Under the pieces are notes generated by a model. It ran no database searches. It was not told the DNA's origin and was given only the letters and a program-made list of their open reading frames with translations. A stretch of 64,000 bases of DNA from Picochlorum sp. SENEW3 (Eukaryota): assembly GCA_034226945.1 (NCBI GenBank), contig CP120453.1, positions 186,001 to 250,000 of the forward strand, given 5' to 3'. This document shows, piece by piece, positions 11,312 through 21,466 of the stretch. Every line of letters starts with the position of its first letter. Position 1 is the first letter of the stretch. The position numbers and the translations under genes are program-made.

Positions 11312-11377
11312 TTCCATGCACCTGGGGATGTGCTATTCAATAAAGACACATTACATATTTATACAAGGTAATTCAAT

Positions 11378-13441
11378 TTAGTAGTTCGAACCAACTTTAC
11401 GGAAATGAACAGCTGCTGGCGTTGCCTCGTCCAGCACTTTTCCATCCTGCACTGTTGCATACAGGAGCCAGTGGTCACCGGTTTCCATCCTCTGCGACAC
11501 TTCACACTCCAAATATGATGCTGCATCAGTTAATATTATAGCACTCGAGGACTCGGACCGCTCCGTATTGAGGTTGGCAAATCTATCTTCGCCAGGAGCA
11601 AACTGTTTCACCATCTCCCTCATAATGGGACGGTCTCTTCCTTCAGCTAATACATTCAACACAAACTTGCCCCCAATAGGTAACAGCGATTCAATCGCTC
11701 TATCCTTTTTAACAGCCACGGTAAGTCCTGGGGGATCAAAAGAAGCCTGGGATACCCACGATGCCAACATGCCACTCTCAGCATCCCCATCCTTTGCAGT
11801 CAACACACACAAGGACCCAATAATCCTTCCAGTTGCCAACAACGTGCCGGAGGCATTCTCTGCGACAGACAACTTCTGAGCTGCAGCCTTCTCTCGTATC
11901 CTTATATTCTTCTTCACTGTCTGAGCGAGGTCTGTACCACTCTGCTCACAAATTTGAAGCATGGCCTCTGTTGGCTTGAATTTGCAGCGGATTGATGGAA
12001 AGGCAAATGGAAATGCTGCATCTTTGAGCTTCCCTTCCATCATATCAACAGCCTCACCACTCCACCCAAAGCTACCAAATACACCACATGGAATTTTATT
12101 CGTCGCTCCCACTCTCATCACTGTGCCCAAGGCCGTCTGAACCTGTGTAGGCATGTGCCCTCCCAGGGTTGGGCTTCCAATCACAAAGCCATCACTCTTG
12201 CTAATCGCCTCCTCGACCTCATCCGCTCCGCATTGCTCCAAGTTTAATGTATTAACTCCAACACCTGCTTTTGTAATACCTCTCGATATCGCTTGAGCCA
12301 AAGCAGCAGTGTTTCCATACGCAGATGCATACAAAACTGCAACACTACTAGAGTCCACCAAGTCTATCTGTTCCTTTGTCCACTCTTTGTACCTCATCCA
12401 TACTTGCATGACACTAGATCGAATCACTGGCCCATGGATGGGACAAATGTACGACACTGCGAGCGGCTCTGGAATCCCATCATCTGCCCCCATGACAGCA
12501 TCATTCACCTCGTTCAAAAATGATTTGAGTGGCGCCAGCACAGCATCCATTGCCGGATTCCCAACACGTGGAGATACTTCATTAATCTTCAGCTTATCCA
12601 ACGCTCGAGACACCTGACGAGCTGCTGGTGCCAACATACAATCAAAGTAGTATTTCACTGAATCTCCGTGCTCACCCCATCCACCATCATCAAACGGACT
12701 GGATCCAGGCTCGGCTGCCTCATGTGCCGCAAAAAAACTTGAAGAAAACAGTATTTGATCCATCGATGAATGGACTGCCACCAAATCAGGCCACCGCGGG
12801 GTAGGTATTGGCACAAACTTCAAAACCTCTCCACCACCAAGACCAATGGTTGTGCTTCCCGTCATAAACGTGATAGTCGCATGCCCATCGACAAGCAATT
12901 TCAGCTCTTCATCTGCATTACATCTATCCTGCAAAAGCTGACCTGCTACTTTCGATAGATAGACGCGAATCTTTTCATTCTTTGATGCAATGTGCCTCAG
13001 CACAGAAACAAGCGCAGGAATCCTCTCAGGATTCAACCGAGTGATAACAACAGCATCCAGGGAGTCCAACACTCCTAGATCTTTCAACCACTCTGTAATA
13101 TCGTACTCGTATGCAGCACTTGGAAGATCGATCAATATCCTATCCTTGTTTGGATTCAACACCTGCTGTGTCTTCACCAGATAAGAATTGGTGGTAGTCC
13201 CCTTCTTCTGACCAAATTGAATCTCAGGCAACCGCTCTGTACAAGTAGCACGGAGAAGGTCCACATTGGCCGTCACAGGTATGCTCTCAAGGTGAACTGG
13301 ATACGTCTTCTTTGGTGGAGGTTTCTCTCCAGGGGGCAACTGCGATGCCACATCTGATTGCTGCACTGCCGCACATTGGAGCGATCTTGTTCCATTAAAA
13401 TTCCTAGATTTCGAGGATCTGTTTCGACAGATCGGGGCCAT
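11378..13441 (-). CDS. flvA: Flavodiiron protein A (Flv1-type, non-canonical di-iron ligands), plastid-targeted
   Basis: Beta-lactamase-like domain (GTTTNSYL; ITRLNPER replacing HxExDH; PTPRWPD), flavodoxin (YASAYGNT, SPTLGGH, GSFGWSGEA), flavin reductase (ASWVSQASFDPPG, GDHW). The ORF is open upstream to 13588, so the start is uncertain. Confidence 0.93.
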   Translation of the reverse strand: MAPICRNRSSKSRNFNGTRSLQCAAVQQSDVASQLPPGEKPPPKKTYPVHLESIPVTANVDLLRATCTERLPEIQFGQKKGTTTNSYLVKTQQVLNPNKDRILIDLPSAAYEYDITEWLKDLGVLDSLDAVVITRLNPERIPALVSVLRHIASKNEKIRVYLSKVAGQLLQDRCNADEELKLLVDGHATITFMTGSTTIGLGGGEVLKFVPIPTPRWPDLVAVHSSMDQILFSSSFFAAHEAAEPGSSPFDDGGWGEHGDSVKYYFDCMLAPAARQVSRALDKLKINEVSPRVGNPAMDAVLAPLKSFLNEVNDAVMGADDGIPEPLAVSYICPIHGPVIRSSVMQVWMRYKEWTKEQIDLVDSSSVAVLYASAYGNTAALAQAISRGITKAGVGVNTLNLEQCGADEVEEAISKSDGFVIGSPTLGGHMPTQVQTALGTVMRVGATNKIPCGVFGSFGWSGEAVDMMEGKLKDAAFPFAFPSIRCKFKPTEAMLQICEQSGTDLAQTVKKNIRIREKAAAQKLSVAENASGTLLATGRIIGSLCVLTAKDGDAESGMLASWVSQASFDPPGLTVAVKKDRAIESLLPIGGKFVLNVLAEGRDRPIMREMVKQFAPGEDRFANLNTERSESSSAIILTDAASYLECEVSQRMETGDHWLLYATVQDGKVLDEATPAAVHFRKVGSNY

Positions 13442-14451
13442 GCCTCGAATGCTGTGCGTGGTCACCCTATCTTGTCCTCTTGCCGGAACCACTCTAGGAG
13501 AGGTCCCGGCCCCTGATTTCTGGGCATATATGCACCGATTTCCATTCATATCCACCAAATAGTATTTAGAATAGCCATCGGAGATCATTCGGGAATCTTT
13601 AGGGTCGTATCGTAGGAGTCAGAATTACTTAGTGTGGGTTACACCACCAGCCTGGGAGTTCCCGCTCAATGGAGCGACTGGATCGAATCTGTCCATTGCA
13701 ATTGGGGGCCCCGCTCCAGACATCATTGACAATAGAAGGAATGAAGATAAAACTACGGTATAAGAACAAGCAAAAAGGACCAAATTTCGACTCAAATCAA
13801 CTCGAGATACAACTCTGCCTGTGATTGTGAACCCACGTACACAGGGAGGAGACCAGTGTCAGAGTAACTCTAAACGCAGGCAAAAGAAAAACGACTGTGA
13901 TCCAGAGCACACATTTCCAGCGAGGAGTATCCATTCAAACAAAGCAGTTGCATCACATGTTCATAATGTTGATGACCAATATAAGAGAAGACATTCCAAT
14001 AGAATGTTCCTGAAACATACAAATTCATACAAGATGGAAGAGCACTGTGATATTCTCCCAGAGCCCTGCTCATGCGGTGTCCAACACATGGAGGATTGAA
14101 AAACAAAGCAATCACCAGACCAGTCACTAGGATTGCTCATGAATGATAAAAGCCACATAATGTGCTGGTCAACAGGGTTCACACGAAAACCGGCAAGATA
14201 AAGACGATATTCGAAAGGAAAAAGCTCAAGAGGACTCCCAGACTGGTGCTGCAACCCACACTAATTAACAATTGCTGCTTTCGGTCCTTTTCGTCCGGAC
14301 ACATCTCCATCCATGGTTCATTTTTCATTTCGTGAGAGACACTACCTCAAAAAAGATTTGTTATGTGATGACAAGTCACATAAAGCATGTTGTGTATTCT
14401 GTTACACGATGTGAAGATCATGTTGCATGACACAGTCTTCTGCTACGTGTG

Positions 14452-14910
14452 CTATCCAGCGAGGGCCATCAGGTTTGCAACCAAAGCAACCAAAATGGGC
14501 AACGCAATTATGGCATCGCTCGATCCACTGTTGATATCCAACAACTTGACTTCAAAGTTTATCGTGGTATTTGGGGGAATCACATCTCCATCACCTTTCT
14601 CTCCGTATGCCAACTCTGGAGGAATCCCTAGAAATCTCTCTTCTTCAATGCACATTCCAGGAACCCCCTGCTCCCAACCTTGGATCACGGACCCATTGCC
14701 GAGAAGGAAAGAGAAGGGAGTGCCCATGTCATAGCTCGATTCGAACACGGTTCCATTCACAAAACTCCCGATGTAATGAACAGACAACAGATCTCCATTC
14801 TCTGCCGTACCAAGAGAGCAATCACCTTGGCGTATGATGGTCTTGTTCAACACGGGTTCGGCAACCACGGCCGACCCCAAGACCAACAGCATCAAAAGAA
14901 TTCGGATCAT
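14452..14910 (-). CDS. FKBP-type peptidyl-prolyl isomerase (FKBP15-like), secretory, with C-terminal hydrophobic tail
   Basis: VHYIG..., LGNGSVIQGWEQG, GIPPELAYG, IPPNTTINFEVKL; N-terminal signal peptide. Confidence 0.92.
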   Translation of the reverse strand: MIRILLMLLVLGSAVVAEPVLNKTIIRQGDCSLGTAENGDLLSVHYIGSFVNGTVFESSYDMGTPFSFLLGNGSVIQGWEQGVPGMCIEEERFLGIPPELAYGEKGDGDVIPPNTTINFEVKLLDINSGSSDAIIALPILVALVANLMALAG

Positions 14911-15040
14911 GTGACTCGCTACGAGCATTCCAACTTTTTACAAGAATTGGCCTTGTTCAGTTACTTTACTACCTGTAGTATATAAAATATGCACTCGTTG
15001 TTGCCCGAATGGCGAATGTTTTGTGCCTTTCGTTCGACAA

Positions 15041-15190
15041 ATCTCGCGAGATATCTCTCGAGAGTGCATCTAGATGCTGATCTCATATATGAGATCTCAT
15101 GCATGAGATCTGATGATGCAGCAGATCTGCTGCACACTCTAGACTCTGCTCCATGGAGATGGAGATGCCATCGCGATTAGCTCGATCGAG
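15041..15190. repeat. Cluster of about 11 perfect short palindromes (8-20 bp) in the divergent FKBP/flvB intergenic region
   Basis: For example ATCTCGCGAGAT 15041-52, GCATCTAGATGC 15066-77, GATCTCATATATGAGATC 15079-96, AGATCTCATGCATGAGATCT 15092-111, TGCAGCAGATCTGCTGCA 15117-34. Confidence 0.9.
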
Positions 15191-15298
15191 TCGATGGAGG
15201 AACGAGATTGGACATGTCCGACACTGTATTCCTCCAACAAGGCTTTCATATAAGTGAAACATCTTTAATCTTTCGACCCAAACAAGATTGTATTCGAG

Positions 15299-17251
15299 AT
15301 GATTGGGTGTGCAGAGCGGGGTTTTCTCCCCATAATGGCACGGGCTGTTCCTCGAGGCACTTTGCAGCATTCAAAGCAGAATAGAGCATTGGACCAATCT
15401 CGATGTCAAAGAAATGAATTTATGAATACATTTTTCAACCCTAGAACAATGGGAATCTGTTGCAAGGTGGCGAGTGATAGCGAGGTATCTCAAGGTGGTG
15501 TGGTACAGGACTGTGGACTGCACACGACAGAGGATGGCCGTCGACTGCAGGTGGTTGTTGCGGATATGGGACTGGATACGATTACTATTAGGTGTTTGGA
15601 CTGGGACAGAGATCGTTTCGATATCGAATTTGGTCTGCAGAATGGAACAACATACAACAGTTATCTTATTTTTGGAGAAGACAAGACAGCCCTGGTGGAT
15701 TCGTCTCATGAGAAATTCCGCGAGTATTACATGCCTGTTCTTAAGCAAGAACTCGAGTCTCGAGGAAGAAGGCTGGATTATCTGATTGTGTCGCACACAG
15801 AACCTGATCATAGTGGATTGACAAGGGATGTTGTTGAAACATATCCTGGGGTACAAGTGATTGGTTCAAAAGTGTGCATTGCATTCCTCGATGGTCTGAC
15901 GCATGTACAGATGGATACGCGTGTCGTAAAAGGAGGTGATACTGTTGATCTTGGAGGTGGGCATGTGGTTGAGTTTGTCATTGCACCCAACCTCCATTGG
16001 CCTGATACAATGTTCTCATACGATCACGCAAGTCAAATCATGTTCACATGTGATGCGTTTGGTATGCATTACTGCTCTGGAGATCCGTATGATACGGATT
16101 CGAAGCTTTTGGATGACCATTATCGGTTTTACTATGACTGTTTGATGAAGCCAAATGCAAGGTCGGTGACAACGGCATTGAGAAAGGTCAAGGACTTGCC
16201 ATACCAGTTGATCGGGAATGGCCATGGTCCATTGCTCAAATACAATGTACCAGAAATGGTGAATCGATATCAGAAATGGAGCGAAGCGACTGCGACAAAG
16301 TCAACGTCTGTGCTTGTATTGTATTCTTCAGATTATGGATACAGTGACAGGTTGAGTCAGACATTGGCGAGAGGTATCACCAAGGCTGATGTGCCAACTG
16401 AAATGATGGATTTGTTATCTGTGGATCCGCAAGAACTCGTTGAAGCTGTGGGCAGATCTGCTGCCATAGTACTGATGGCATATCCATCGGAGAGCAGTGA
16501 GGCGAAAGCATCCATGGGTACGCTTCTCTCAGCTGTCAAGAGCAAACAGACGGTCGTTATTGCTGAGAGTTTTGGAGGAAATGATGAGCCAGTAGATCAG
16601 CTGCGCACAGCTTTCCTCGGGGCTGGTTTGGAACCATTCATGGACCCACTTCGTGTGAAAGATGTTCCAAATGAGAATGTGTATCAATTGTTTGAAGAAT
16701 GTGGAACAGATTTGGCACAGTCATTGACGCAGAAAGATTCTATTGCGCGAAAGAAAACAGCCATGTCTGGTGATGTGGCAAAAGCGTTGGCTCGTGTGTC
16801 TGGAGGATTGTATATTGTCACTGCTGGATTGGCAACCTCGAGTGGGTCTGCAAAGGGAGCCATGGTCGCCTCATGGGTGTCCCAGGCATCCTTTGAGCCC
16901 CTTGGAATCACAATTGCTGTTGCAAAAGATCGTGCCATTGAGTCGTTGATGCAAGTGGGGGACAGTTTTGTGCTAAACTGCTTGGGAGAAGGAGAATATT
17001 CTCACATCATGAAGCACTTTTTGCAACGATTCCCTGCAGGCGCTGATCGTTTCGAGGGAATCGGATGGCATATTGCTGAGAATGGAAGTCCTGTGTTGGA
17101 TGACGCGATTGCCAATATCGAATGCAAAGTGGTCAGTCGGATGGAAGCCGCTGACCACTGGGTCACCTATGCAGAGGTCACCAATGGCAGTGTTGCAAAG
17201 GCAGATCAACGCACTGCTGTCCATCGACGAAAGATTGCGAATTATTATTAA
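15299..17251 (+). CDS. flvB: Flavodiiron protein B (Flv3-type, canonical di-iron site), plastid-targeted
   Basis: DWDRDRFDIEFGLQNGTTYNSY, SHTEPDHSG, PNLHWPD, DAFGMH, GHGP; flavodoxin YSSDYGYSDRL; flavin reductase domain. Confidence 0.95.
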   Translation: MIGCAERGFLPIMARAVPRGTLQHSKQNRALDQSRCQRNEFMNTFFNPRTMGICCKVASDSEVSQGGVVQDCGLHTTEDGRRLQVVVADMGLDTITIRCLDWDRDRFDIEFGLQNGTTYNSYLIFGEDKTALVDSSHEKFREYYMPVLKQELESRGRRLDYLIVSHTEPDHSGLTRDVVETYPGVQVIGSKVCIAFLDGLTHVQMDTRVVKGGDTVDLGGGHVVEFVIAPNLHWPDTMFSYDHASQIMFTCDAFGMHYCSGDPYDTDSKLLDDHYRFYYDCLMKPNARSVTTALRKVKDLPYQLIGNGHGPLLKYNVPEMVNRYQKWSEATATKSTSVLVLYSSDYGYSDRLSQTLARGITKADVPTEMMDLLSVDPQELVEAVGRSAAIVLMAYPSESSEAKASMGTLLSAVKSKQTVVIAESFGGNDEPVDQLRTAFLGAGLEPFMDPLRVKDVPNENVYQLFEECGTDLAQSLTQKDSIARKKTAMSGDVAKALARVSGGLYIVTAGLATSSGSAKGAMVASWVSQASFEPLGITIAVAKDRAIESLMQVGDSFVLNCLGEGEYSHIMKHFLQRFPAGADRFEGIGWHIAENGSPVLDDAIANIECKVVSRMEAADHWVTYAEVTNGSVAKADQRTAVHRRKIANYY

Positions 17252-17277
17252 TTATGCTGTTTATTATTACATGCAAT

Positions 17278-18891
17278 TTAGTACCAATTCGTACCAGCAA
17301 TGCGCCGTTTATACGCTGCAGAGGGCTGAACAGCAGACAAATCTTCACCAGCAGTGCGTTCTCCCCGTTGTGACAAATCCACATAATCTCTGTACCATTC
17401 ACCACAATAGTCCTGCTGTGGTCTTACAATCTTGGTATCTGGATCTTCCAATGTTTCCTTCCAATGCGCTAAATAACCTGTCACGCGTGGCACAGCAAAC
17501 AAGACTGTAAAGAATTGAGGAGGAAATCCCATGGCTCTATAGACCAGTCCAGAGTAAAAATCCACATTCGGATACAACTTTCTCTTCACAAAGTATTCAT
17601 CTGACCGTGCGACCTTTTCCAGCTCCATCGCAATTTCAATCAACGGATCTCTGCCGACGATAGAAAACACCTCATCAGCAACCTGACGGATAATCTTGGC
17701 CCGAGGGTCATAATTCTTGTACACCCTGTGCCCAAAACCAAACATGATTTCCTTTCTAGCTTTCACATCTTCAATAAATGAAGGAATATTAGATTTATCT
17801 CCAATTCTCTCGAGCATTCTAAGAACAGCTTCATTCGCCCCTCCATGCAACGGACCATACAAGGCCCCAACAGCACCCTGAATGACTGTATACACATCCA
17901 CCCCAGAGGATGCCAAATGACGAGCAGCCGACGTAGAGCAGTTCAACTCATGCTCTGCATGCAGCAAAAACAAAACATCCAGGGCCTTTGCAAGCCTTGG
18001 ATTTGGCACATAGGATGATCTATTCGAGGAATCCAGCATGTACAGAAAATTCTCTGTATACCCTAATTTCTGATTAGGCGGCGCTGGCCGCCTTCCAGAC
18101 GCTCTGTGATACGCATACGCTGCAAGAGTGGGTATCTTTCCGATCAATCGAACAATCTGTTTATCAACAACATCCTTTGACTTGTACACATGCTGACCAG
18201 ACAGAGCTGGGTTTTGCTCCGGATGACACGTTGACAATGCAGCAAGACCCGTCAGCAACACACCCATAGGGTGTGCATCATGAGGCAATGCTTCAATAGC
18301 GTCTTCTACCGCAATTGGCAACGCAGAGTGCCTCATGACAGCCTCTTCCCAATGCCTCAACTGCTCTGCCCCAGGCAGGTGACCATAAATGACAAGATAA
18401 GACACTTCCAACAGATTTGATCGCTCCGCCAACTGCTCAATAGGGTACCCACGGTACCTCAAAATCCCAGCCTCGCCATCAATATACGACACACTGCTCT
18501 TGCAGGCAGTTGTATTCACATACCCATTATCAAAGGTTCGAAGCCCAACCCCATCCCCTCCTGCCCGAATCTGCTTCAATGCTGTCCCTTGTATCGTCCC
18601 ATGCTCTGATATCGACACATCATACTGTTTACCAGTCCTTCCGTCCTTGATATGGAGGACGCCACCCCCTCCCCCAGGACTGGGTCTCTCACTTTTGTTC
18701 GACCTGCATTCATCCATAGCATTACCTCAATACACTCGCCCATTCCCAAAACCCAAATTAATATACGCATACCTAGTGTTTTGTCCCGTAGATCGTGTCG
18801 TATTCTGAAGAAGAGACTCTTGCGTTTCGTCGACATTCGAATCTTTGCCGACGTGTCGGTGAAGAACAGCGAGTCTTTGATGAAATGACAT
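17278..18891 (-). CDS. CSY: Peroxisomal/glyoxysomal citrate synthase; exon 1 18891-18773, intron 18772-18704
   Basis: [59 protein letters not shown]; the upstream exon [14 protein letters not shown] splices in phase and carries a PTS2-like motif. Confidence 0.93.
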
Positions 18892-18924
18892 ATTTCACAT
18901 CCAAAATAGTATACAAAACAATAA

Positions 18925-21006
18925 TTATGAATGAAAAATAGGGTACAGGTGGTGCGCAGTCTTCTGCTGCAGGTAATGATACACGGAATCCACCAGATCA
19001 AGGGGAGCATGGCCTCTGTAGGGCTTGGCATCTGCGTGGGCACTGGGTGTTGTTCCAGCGACGACTTTGGAGGTGCATCCGCTACCTGGTGATGATGTAT
19101 TCTTTCGTACAATGATGACGCGGTCCAAAAACGCATCTGAGGGGTCTATATTCCTATTCCACCTCCATTCAAGGGCTGTATCATTCAGAAGAGTGATGGT
19201 TCCATGGCCAAAGGATGGTTCTCTGTAATCTGACCAGGGTGCTTGGGAGTCGTAGCAAAATGGGCCATTGTCTATATGGCCTCGTCCAGTGTATGTTGGC
19301 TGATACCCCGGGGTGGCAAAGTACCTTTCTGGTTCACGGCACAGATCTGAAACTTTCACCTTGGAGTAGGTGTATTCTGTGTCATCAATATACCCCTGTG
19401 TCAATCCTTCTGCATTGCCGCTCCCCAGTACAATATGAACGATTCCGCAAGAATCCACCTTGTTATCAAACACAGGCACGGATCGATCATAGGCATGGAC
19501 GTGCCCTGAGATGACCAGATCAACATTGTATTGTCTAAAGAGAGGTTCCATCATGTGTTGCATTTCGGCATTCTCCTTGTAGGATCCCATGTATGTCGAA
19601 TACCATGGTGTATGGAATGCGACGATGATCCATGGTGTCTGTGATGGATTGACGCCCTGCAGATCCTTCTCCAACCAACGGTACATGACTGAGCCTTTTC
19701 CATATGGAACATAATTGTTCAAAAATACCATGTGTACTGGTCCAGCATTGATGCTGTAAAAAGAATTGTTTGTCACTGCAGTATTTGAGAGATCTTCAGG
19801 AAGGAATATGCCTCGCTGAGGTAGCTGTGTTTGATCCCAATACTGTGATGGATCATTGGGTTCCACAGAGTGCCCAACCCCTGGTGTCTCAGGAAACTGT
19901 GGATTCGGATACCTGGCATTATACGCCATATCCGTTAGATTACGATTCAACCGCTGAGATTCAAGTTCGTGATTTCCTCCGATACTCGCAAACACATGCT
20001 CGCTGATCAATGGCTCCATGAGCCTTCCAAACGTGTCCCATCTTGGCTGAAATGATTTAAAATAGTCCAATGGAACCGTATCATTCCAATAATAAAACGA
20101 TCCATTTGCATAATACGCATCAGCATATGATAAATCACCGGATAACACAACCATATCTGGCTCAAATGCCTTTATGCGATCAACTGCCAAGGAGGAGTTC
20201 CTTGTCTGCCCAAGGTCTGATACCACGGCTATTTTAAAAGGATATGAGGGGCCACTATCAGGTATTTTTACTGAATATACTCTATCCGACATGCCGCATC
20301 GTGTTGTCCCCACTGTATATTTGTATACAGAGCCAGGCGTTAGATTCTTCAGCCTCACATGGTGCAGTATGGGCGATGTGTACACTGTCCCAGTTGTGGT
20401 AGTCCCATCCACAACCAAAGGCCCATTGGGAGCACTATATGCATAGGAATAGACGACACGGTCGTTGACTTCGCGTGCAAGATACACAGCATCCGAATCT
20501 GCCTCCCAATACTGAACCAGACTGTCTCCACATGCATCCTCTGAATACCGAGGAGGAGGAGGATTGACTGTATCGCTCCCAATCCTACCCAGACCTGTTG
20601 CAAAGCTCACCATCAAATCCGTCTCAGTCCACAAGGACACATGCACCTGATCAGGAATGAACTCGAGAGATGAATCCCCTCTCTTGATGGATTCATGCTC
20701 CAACTGATGCATGGGAATATCATGTCCTACTTGATCAAACACCTGGAACCCATCAAAGGAACCATTATGAACCCAAGGCACCACCACTCTGCCAGACCCA
20801 TGGCGCTCAACACCATACTCAATCCTTGACCACCCAGGTACTCCCTGCTGAAGCAATCGTCGTATTGGGGTACGTTGTACAGTTGAATGTAGGAAACTCC
20901 TTTGGTGACCATGGTTTGGTGGTGGTCTATTCACCACCACCAGGAAGAAGAGGAAGAAGAAGACTACCACTCCAATGGCTCCAGGAGCAATGGCGTGTCC
21001 CTTCAT
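18925..21006 (-). CDS. Purple acid phosphatase (PAP15/23-like, possible phytase), secreted or membrane-anchored
   Basis: Metal-binding motifs SDLG, GDLSYAD, GNHE, AFHTPWY, GHVHAY; FN3-like N domain; C-terminal REPSFGHG; hydrophobic N-terminus after MKGHA. Confidence 0.92.
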   Translation of the reverse strand: MKGHAIAPGAIGVVVFFFLFFLVVVNRPPPNHGHQRSFLHSTVQRTPIRRLLQQGVPGWSRIEYGVERHGSGRVVVPWVHNGSFDGFQVFDQVGHDIPMHQLEHESIKRGDSSLEFIPDQVHVSLWTETDLMVSFATGLGRIGSDTVNPPPPRYSEDACGDSLVQYWEADSDAVYLAREVNDRVVYSYAYSAPNGPLVVDGTTTTGTVYTSPILHHVRLKNLTPGSVYKYTVGTTRCGMSDRVYSVKIPDSGPSYPFKIAVVSDLGQTRNSSLAVDRIKAFEPDMVVLSGDLSYADAYYANGSFYYWNDTVPLDYFKSFQPRWDTFGRLMEPLISEHVFASIGGNHELESQRLNRNLTDMAYNARYPNPQFPETPGVGHSVEPNDPSQYWDQTQLPQRGIFLPEDLSNTAVTNNSFYSINAGPVHMVFLNNYVPYGKGSVMYRWLEKDLQGVNPSQTPWIIVAFHTPWYSTYMGSYKENAEMQHMMEPLFRQYNVDLVISGHVHAYDRSVPVFDNKVDSCGIVHIVLGSGNAEGLTQGYIDDTEYTYSKVKVSDLCREPERYFATPGYQPTYTGRGHIDNGPFCYDSQAPWSDYREPSFGHGTITLLNDTALEWRWNRNIDPSDAFLDRVIIVRKNTSSPGSGCTSKVVAGTTPSAHADAKPYRGHAPLDLVDSVYHYLQQKTAHHLYPIFHS

Positions 21007-21466
21007 CCTTTTCCATAGGTGTACTAGGATCAGCACGATAAGAAAAGATTTCGTAATGGATGGCCTAGGGTGGTCACGTGGACGTTTGAAAAAAACGGGC
21101 AAGCGAATGGCAACATAATATTGCCCATCAGGCTGTTGCTTTGATGGGACATGTTGTGTAACGAGATAATAATCGTGCGTTGATCCATGTGTGAACCAAA
21201 ACAAGGGACTCTCTGCTCTTCTTGATTGTATTAAAATACGTATTTTTGTATCACTGTACCTATTCTGTCATTCAAAATGAATGCGACGGCGTCAGTGCTG
21301 ACGCACACGCAGGTACGAATCTAGCCAGCCCAGGGAATTCCGCATCTGTCGCCCTTCTGGGCGACGATGGAGTAGATATGCGAGCTTATGATCTTGTTTT
21401 CATGCTGGTAAATACTAAAATAACACAATATATCGATTTCTGGTGCAGAATGTGGTGTACAGCACA

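Noticed and set aside
13598..13604. TTTAGGG telomere-like heptamer or telomerase template
   Set aside because: Single copy, not extended beyond one repeat; expected by chance
13821..14254. Short overlapping ORFs between flvA and FKBP
   Set aside because: No recognisable family or coding-like composition; a small gene or ncRNA cannot be excluded
9179..18891. PEX5 and peroxisomal citrate synthase as a peroxisome gene cluster
   Set aside because: Separated by unrelated genes; proximity is plausible by chance in a dense genome
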